Shown piece by piece: positions 58,399-64,000 of a stretch of 64,000 bases of DNA. Positions within the stretch are counted from its first letter, which is position 1; each line of letters opens with the position of its first letter. The stretch is from Solirubrobacteraceae bacterium (GTDB lineage: Bacteria > Actinomycetota > Thermoleophilia > Solirubrobacterales > Solirubrobacteraceae): positions 21-64,020 of the forward strand of contig DASZMK010000192.1 of NCBI GenBank assembly GCA_035551855.1. The letters are read 5' to 3'. A program made the position numbers and the translations under genes. The notes below the pieces were generated by a model. That model had not been told where the DNA came from. It made no database searches and saw nothing but the letters and a program-made list of their open reading frames with translations.

Positions 58399-59036
58399 CC
58401 CACCTACGTCCCCACGCCCCCGGCGACGGGATCGGTCCCGATCCAGGAACCAGGGGCGCGGCCATCGCGCCGGCTCGGCTACCGCTTCGACGTCGCCTTC
58501 GACGCCGACCCCCAGACGCTTCACCTCGCCGTCGAGAACCACGGCCGGCTCGGAGTTCACCTCCAGGCGCGATCGCTGACCGTTCCCGGCGCGCCCTACA
58601 GCTACACCATCGGCGCCGGCGACCAACTCGCGATCGCGCTGCCCAATCCGGGCACCTACGATCTCAGCGTCCACGGCCCCAACGGCTTCTTCCGCCAGTT
58701 TCCGGCTCTCCCGCGACCGCTCTGGAGGTCGAGGCGCGGGTCGACCAGGGCCTCGGCAAGCTCACGCTCCGGCTCATCGACCGCAGTGATCGGCTTGGCG
58801 GCGGCCGCCGCCGCTACAGACCGCCCATCGCCGTCGACATCGCCGACGCATACGGCACCGAGCACCGCGTCGAGGTTCACGGGACGCGCGAGATCACCAT
58901 CGGCACTCGCCGCTCCGGCGGTTGGTATGACATCGCGCTGACGACGCCGAGCGACCCCCGCTTCCGCTATCAGGTTGCCGGCCGGGTGGAGTTCGGCGGG
59001 CGGTTGACCAGCGATCCGCAGCTGGGTCGCTCATAG
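58399..59036 (+). pseudogene. 5'-truncated, frameshifted phospholipase C remnant (two C-terminal DUF756-like domains)
   Basis: QEPGARPSR, YDLSVHGPNGFFRQF, frameshift at about 58702, GWYDIAL...AGRVE...SDPQLG*; not called in the ORF track. Confidence 0.75.
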
Positions 59037-59153
59037 GCGCAGCGACGCGGTAGCGCCCGCCTGCGCCGGCGTGGGCGCGGGGATCCCTGGGGTGGGAGTG
59101 GGCTGGCGTGCCTCGCCGGGTAAGCGGACTCGTTTGTCCGGTACGATGGCGGC

Positions 59154-60692
59154 ATGGCCGAGATGTCCGCCCAACCATCGCAGTCCGAGGGGCTTGACCG
59201 CGAGACCCTGATCGTCGCCGGCGTCGTGTTGCTGGGAGCGATCATGTCCATCCTCGACACGACCGTGGTCAACGTGGCGATCGATCACCTGGCGGTCGCG
59301 TTCCACTCGTCGCTGACCACCATTCAATGGATCATCACGGGCTATACGCTGGCGCTCGCTGCGGTGATTCCGGTCACCGGCTGGGCGGCGGACCGGTTCG
59401 GCACGAAGCGGATCTACATGTGGTCGCTGGTGTTGTTCACGCTGGGGTCCGTGCTGTCGGGCCTGGCGTGGAGTGCGGGCTCGCTGATCTTCTTCCGCGT
59501 CCTGCAGGGCATCGGCGGCGGGATGATCATGCCGGCGGTCATGACGATCATGACCAAGAAGGCCGGTCCTCACCGGATGGGCCGCGTCATGGGCGTGCTC
59601 GGCGTTCCGATGCTGGTTGCGCCGATCCTGGGCCCGATCCTCGGCGGTTGGCTGGTCGACAACGCATCCTGGCGCTGGATCTTCTTCATCAACGTACCGA
59701 TTGGGATCGTGGCGTTCATCCTCGCGCTGATCGTGCTCGAGACCGATCAGCCACAACCTGCCCACCGGCTCGACTGGCTGGGGATGCTGCTGCTCTCCCC
59801 GGGCCTGGCGGTGTTCATCTTTGGTCTGGCCGAGTCCTCGACTTACGGGTTCGGCTCGGTGCGCTCGTGGGGCCCGACGCTCGCCGGCGTCGTGCTGATC
59901 GCCGCCTGGTTCATCCACAGCTGGCGTAGCCCGAACCCGCTGATCGAACTGCGGACGTTCGCACATACGCGAGCGGGCGCGGCCGCGGGCACGTTCCTCC
60001 TGTTCGCCATCTCGGTGTTCGGAACGATGCTGCTCGTTCCGCTCTACTACCAGGCGGTGCGCGGGGCGTCAGCGCTCCAGGCCGGCCTGCTGATGGCGCC
60101 GGGCGGCGTCGGCGCGATGCTGCTGATGCCGCTCGCGGGCCGCCTCACCGACCGGTACGGACCCACCTGGCTGCCCGCCACCGGCCTGCCCCTGGTGGCC
60201 ATCGGGCTCATCCCGTTCGTGTTCGTCGGCCCCCACACGTCCTACGTTTTGCTGTGTGCCGCCAACTTTGTCCAGGGCCTCGGGATGGGACTGGCGATGA
60301 TGCCGAACATGACTGCGGCCATGCAGGCGGTCCCGCCGGCCGCCATCGCCCGGACCAGCACCGCAATGAACATCATCCGCCAGGCGGGGGCCTCGATCGG
60401 CACCGCGGTGCTGTCCGTGATCCTCGCGTCAGCGATCACGACCAATCTCAGCGCGATCCTCGGCAGCCGCGCCTCGGGCTCGCGGTCCGGGGGGCTCGCC
60501 ACCCTGCAGCACCTGCCGGCGACCGCGCACGCCGCCATCGCGCGGCCACTGGCCGACGCCTTCGCCTCAACGTTCGTCTGGGCGCTCGTGCTCATCCTCG
60601 TCGCTCTCATCCCTGCCGTCGGTATGGCCGTCTCGGGCTGGCGCCGCCCAGTGGCGGCGCCTGCCGGCGCTCACCCGGTGGTGCTCGAATAG
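59154..60692 (+). CDS. DHA2 (EmrB/QacA) MFS efflux transporter
   Basis: LDTTVVNVA, GWAADRFGTKR, RVLQGIGGG, WRWIFFINVPIG. Confidence 0.94.
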   Translation: MAEMSAQPSQSEGLDRETLIVAGVVLLGAIMSILDTTVVNVAIDHLAVAFHSSLTTIQWIITGYTLALAAVIPVTGWAADRFGTKRIYMWSLVLFTLGSVLSGLAWSAGSLIFFRVLQGIGGGMIMPAVMTIMTKKAGPHRMGRVMGVLGVPMLVAPILGPILGGWLVDNASWRWIFFINVPIGIVAFILALIVLETDQPQPAHRLDWLGMLLLSPGLAVFIFGLAESSTYGFGSVRSWGPTLAGVVLIAAWFIHSWRSPNPLIELRTFAHTRAGAAAGTFLLFAISVFGTMLLVPLYYQAVRGASALQAGLLMAPGGVGAMLLMPLAGRLTDRYGPTWLPATGLPLVAIGLIPFVFVGPHTSYVLLCAANFVQGLGMGLAMMPNMTAAMQAVPPAAIARTSTAMNIIRQAGASIGTAVLSVILASAITTNLSAILGSRASGSRSGGLATLQHLPATAHAAIARPLADAFASTFVWALVLILVALIPAVGMAVSGWRRPVAAPAGAHPVVLE

Positions 60693-60844
60693 GGCCTGTT
60701 GCGCCCTCGCCGACGGGGGTTGCCGTGCCCGTCGAGGCGAGTCGTGAGCATTGAGGCGGGAGGATCGTGGCCAAACGAAAGATCACAGGATCGTCCGCGG
60801 AGCGACGGCTCGCGTCAGCTCCATACCGGGCGCGCGTCGCGCCG

Positions 60845-61687
60845 TTAGAAGTACTCGGCGAGGGTCACGAACCGGTACCCGTGCGCGCGGATCGCGGTGA
60901 TGATCGCGGCGAGGGCGTCGGCGTCGAGCGTGGAGTGGTCCTGGGGGTTGGCGCCCACGTGCATCAGGATGATCTCGCCGGGCTCGAGGTGATCAAGCGC
61001 GTGCGCGGCGACAGAGGCAAGCGACTGCCCCATCGAGGTCCCCTCCCAGCCAAGCGTGTCGACCGTCCAGCCGACGGCGGTGTAGCCGAGCCGGTTGACG
61101 AGCGCCAGCGTAGTCGTGTTGCTCGATCCGTAAGGGAAGCGAAACAGGGAGGCCGGGGCGCGGCCGGTGACATGCTGAATCGCGGCGCCGGCCATGAGGA
61201 TCTGGCTTGTGACCTCGGGCGGCGGGAGACTCAGAAGGTCCAGATGGTTGAAGGTGTGGTTGGCGATGGGGTAGTGGGCGGCGATCCGTCTGGCCCACTG
61301 CGGGTACAGCTCGGCCCATCGGCCGGTCATGAAGAACGTCGCGGTGGCACCGGTTCTGGCCAGCGTGGCGAGGATCTTCGGCGCGCCGGCGTTGTCGGCG
61401 CCGGCGTCGAAGGTGAGGGCCACCACGTGCTGCGCGGTCGGCACCCGGGTTGGGATCTGGCCGGCGAGGAGGCGGTGCAGCGTCGTTGTCGGTGGTGCCG
61501 GAGGCTGCGCCTGCGACGCGAAGTGGGTGGCGGTCAGCCGGGACGTTGTCGACGCCGGCGGGTGGGGGCCCTGCCGGTTGTGATGCGCGGCCGACGATCC
61601 GCCGCACCCGGCGACGAGGATCACGCCAAGCGGCGCGACCAGCCGCGCCGCCAGGCGTCCGGCGCCTGACTTACCGAGCCGGGGCAA
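60845..61687 (-). CDS. Polysaccharide deacetylase (CE4/NodB), probable lipoprotein
   Basis: LVAGC lipobox; LTFDAG, NHTFNH, FRFPYG, LMHVG; start uncertain. Confidence 0.85.
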   Translation of the reverse strand: MPRLGKSGAGRLAARLVAPLGVILVAGCGGSSAAHHNRQGPHPPASTTSRLTATHFASQAQPPAPPTTTLHRLLAGQIPTRVPTAQHVVALTFDAGADNAGAPKILATLARTGATATFFMTGRWAELYPQWARRIAAHYPIANHTFNHLDLLSLPPPEVTSQILMAGAAIQHVTGRAPASLFRFPYGSSNTTTLALVNRLGYTAVGWTVDTLGWEGTSMGQSLASVAAHALDHLEPGEIILMHVGANPQDHSTLDADALAAIITAIRAHGYRFVTLAEYF

Positions 61688-62600
61688 AATACTGCTCGAT
61701 CGCCCTCGCCAGGCCGTCGGCGATCACGCTCTGACCGCGGCGGCTGGCGGCGATGGAGCCCTCGAACGGATCGGTGATGAACAGCGGCTCGATCACTGCT
61801 CCCGGCATCCGGCTGGGGGTGGCGACGTAGCCTGGGTCGGCGGGGCCGAGCAGGACCAGGTGGCCGTAGGCCGCGCCCTGGGCGCTGAGCACCGACCCCA
61901 GCCCCGAGTCCGACCGCACCCCGGCGTCCGGGATCTCCCACCCCCGCGCGTTCATCGCCGACAGCGCATCGGTCTGGAGGAGCCTGGCCAGCCGCAGGTT
62001 GTCGGCGGCATAGGGACGGACGGCGTCATATCCCGTCACCGAACCGGCGCCACCGGGAACGCCGGCGTTGAAGTAGATCCCGACAAGGACGTCAGCATGC
62101 GCTTTGTCGGCGCACCGAGCTCGGGCCAGGACATCCTCGTGAGAGCCGTCGACGGTCAACACTCCTCCGGACACGTCATCCGGCCCCAGGCGCGCCACCG
62201 AGCTGTCACGGATCCGAGACACGACGACACGGAAGCCACCGGCGCGCAGCCGCGCCATCGTGTCCAGCTCCACCGAGAGCGTCGCGCGCGCCTCGAAGAC
62301 CCTCTGATGCGATCTGGTGCTGCCGATCGCGCCCGGGTCGCGGCCCCCGTGACCGGCGTCCAGAAACACCGTCAGCGGGCGCGAGGCCGACGTGGGCGAG
62401 AACGCCATGCACGCACCGCGGGCGAACGCCGTCGGATCAACCTGCCGACCCGCCGTCGACGTGGCAGCGACCGGGCGAAGGTGGCTGGGTCTGATGGCGA
62501 TGACGCCATGCCTCGCCACGCCCGCCCCGCAGCCGCCGCAGACCAACAGCAGCGCAGACAGCCGCACCACCCGCAGGAGGGTTCCGGCTGGCTTCATCAC
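61671..62600 (-). CDS. N-acetylmuramoyl-L-alanine amidase (Amidase_3)-like exported protein
   Basis: FLDAGHGGRDPGA, MPGAVIEPLFIT. Confidence 0.82.
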   Translation of the reverse strand: MMKPAGTLLRVVRLSALLLVCGGCGAGVARHGVIAIRPSHLRPVAATSTAGRQVDPTAFARGACMAFSPTSASRPLTVFLDAGHGGRDPGAIGSTRSHQRVFEARATLSVELDTMARLRAGGFRVVVSRIRDSSVARLGPDDVSGGVLTVDGSHEDVLARARCADKAHADVLVGIYFNAGVPGGAGSVTGYDAVRPYAADNLRLARLLQTDALSAMNARGWEIPDAGVRSDSGLGSVLSAQGAAYGHLVLLGPADPGYVATPSRMPGAVIEPLFITDPFEGSIAASRRGQSVIADGLARAIEQYFAPAR

Positions 62601-62863
62601 CTCACTTCACGCAGTCTCCCCGTCGACCTATCGTCAGGGTATCCCACCCGGACGGCCAGTCAACGCTCCTGTCAGACCGCGGTCATGTGCACGCGGCCGG
62701 CGATCTGGCCGCACAACGGTCGACTCCGGTCAATCCCGCCGCAAGGCAATCCTGTCGCGCGGCCAGCGCTCGGCCGCGATCGCAAACGCCTCGGCGGTGG
62801 CCTGTCGAGGGGCTTCGCGCACGGAGGACTGGTGAGGATTGCTGTGCCAGCCACGGCCAACTA

Positions 62864-64000
62864 TCAGCTGCGGGGGGCGTTGTGTTGGTGAGTCTTGTGC
62901 CGATGCGCTGGTCTCGCGCGCGGGGCTTGTCCCACGGAGAGGTTCGCGTTGTGAACCAGCATCAGCGCGTAGGCCGGCCAGTACGCGCCGGCGGGGGGCG
63001 CACCTGCCACGCATCGTCCGCCTGAGTTGCCGGGAATGCTGATCCAGGCGAACGCGTCGACGTTGGGGTAGCCGGTGCTGGCAGTCGGGAGGGGTCCGAG
63101 GCCGCGGCCTGGAGGGTTACAGAGGACCTCGTTGCCCTCCTTGGCCGCGTTCCTGGGGATGAGGGGGCCTTGACCGTTCTCGGCGGTGTTGACGACGAAG
63201 TGCTTGCCGCCGATCAGGCGTGAGATCTGCTCGCCGTAAGCGATCTCCTTCGCGGTCCAGTCAAAGTGCGTCGAGTTCAGAAAAAAGCCCTGGATCTTGG
63301 CGACGCCGGCATGAACGAGGAGGCTCGCCGTGCTGCGGGCTGGGAGCGCGTCGGCTGCGCCCGCGTCGAGGTAGATGACCAGCCCCGGGCAGTCCGCGGT
63401 GAGGATGTTGATCGCGTCGTTTAACTCGTTCATCCGGACATCCAGGCCCTGCGCCGACAGGCAGGGAGTGGTGATCAGTGAGTCCATTTCGAGAAACAGG
63501 ACGGCTCTGGTGGACCCGATTCCCTGAGCAAGCCCTCCGATGAAGTTGTGGTACGCCGCCTGATCGCCGGGGGGATCGGCCCAGTTGCCACAATGGCCGT
63601 CGACGACGCGGTAGGTGGCGAGCATCGGGACGGTATCGGGCTCCTGAATGGCTGCCCGGGTCAGATAGCGCAAGACCGCGGTCCGGATGTCCGGCACCCC
63701 ATTGGCCCCGAAGCTGAACGATCCAAAGCGCGCCGTGCCGGGTTCACGGGCGATCACGCTCAGCGCCGGATACCGCGACGCCAGCTTGGCACTGGAGGTC
63801 TGTGGATCGACAAAGAATCGGAGGCCCGAGAGCGGATTACCGCCCGTCGGTGCCGTAGTCCCCCCTGTCGCGGCGGGTGGCAACCCTGTCGAGCCCACCG
63901 GTGGAAGCGGAAACGGGAATGGGAATGCGAGACCGGGTGGAGCAGGTGGTGTGTCCGCGCGGGCGCTCGCGCCAGGCCGAAGACCGACCAGCGCCGCGAC
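62864..64000 (-). CDS. Glycoside hydrolase family 6 protein, 5' end outside the window
   Basis: FLEMDSL, YLDAG, FVVNTAENGQG, CNPPGRGLG, DAFAWISIPGNSGG; frame stays open to 64000 with a signal-peptide-like end ASARA. Confidence 0.85.
   Translation of the reverse strand, partial: VAALVGLRPGASARADTPPAPPGLAFPFPFPLPPVGSTGLPPAATGGTTAPTGGNPLSGLRFFVDPQTSSAKLASRYPALSVIAREPGTARFGSFSFGANGVPDIRTAVLRYLTRAAIQEPDTVPMLATYRVVDGHCGNWADPPGDQAAYHNFIGGLAQGIGSTRAVLFLEMDSLITTPCLSAQGLDVRMNELNDAINILTADCPGLVIYLDAGAADALPARSTASLLVHAGVAKIQGFFLNSTHFDWTAKEIAYGEQISRLIGGKHFVVNTAENGQGPLIPRNAAKEGNEVLCNPPGRGLGPLPTASTGYPNVDAFAWISIPGNSGGRCVAGAPPAGAYWPAYALMLVHNANLSVGQAPRARPAHRHKTHQHNAPRS

Overview
Very GC-rich bacterial DNA, probably actinobacterial (Thermoleophilia/Solirubrobacterales-like by gene style; this is inference). 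No rRNA, tRNA, CRISPR array or intact IS element was recognised. Main blocks: (1) 5.8-23.3 kb, a LacI-linked catabolic island (Liv-type ABC transporter, DHPON-hydrolase-like C-C hydrolase, three-subunit molybdenum hydroxylase, M24-fold hydrolase, beta-hydroxyacid dehydrogenase, acetoin-dehydrogenase-like E1a/E1b/E2), tied together by six TGCAAnCGnTTGCA-like operators at three divergent promoters; (2) 23.3-33.3 kb, mixed genes including a DyP peroxidase with an encapsulin cargo-loading peptide but no adjacent encapsulin, an FtsH, and a MetE-II-like protein; (3) 33.4-42.1 kb, a complete RMM/aminoacetone-utilisation-type bacterial microcompartment operon; (4) 42.1-53.3 kb, an abutting GntR-linked module (APC permease, orphan TIM barrel, Zn-dehydrogenase, two FGGY kinases, GlpD, frameshifted copper amine oxidase) that may extend the BMC to amino-polyol catabolism; (5) 53.4-64 kb, signalling, efflux and secreted glycan-active genes. 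A 111-bp double-hairpin repeat family occurs three times, and there are several pseudogene remnants and two likely non-canonical start codons. All calls come from motif recognition only; no database search was run.
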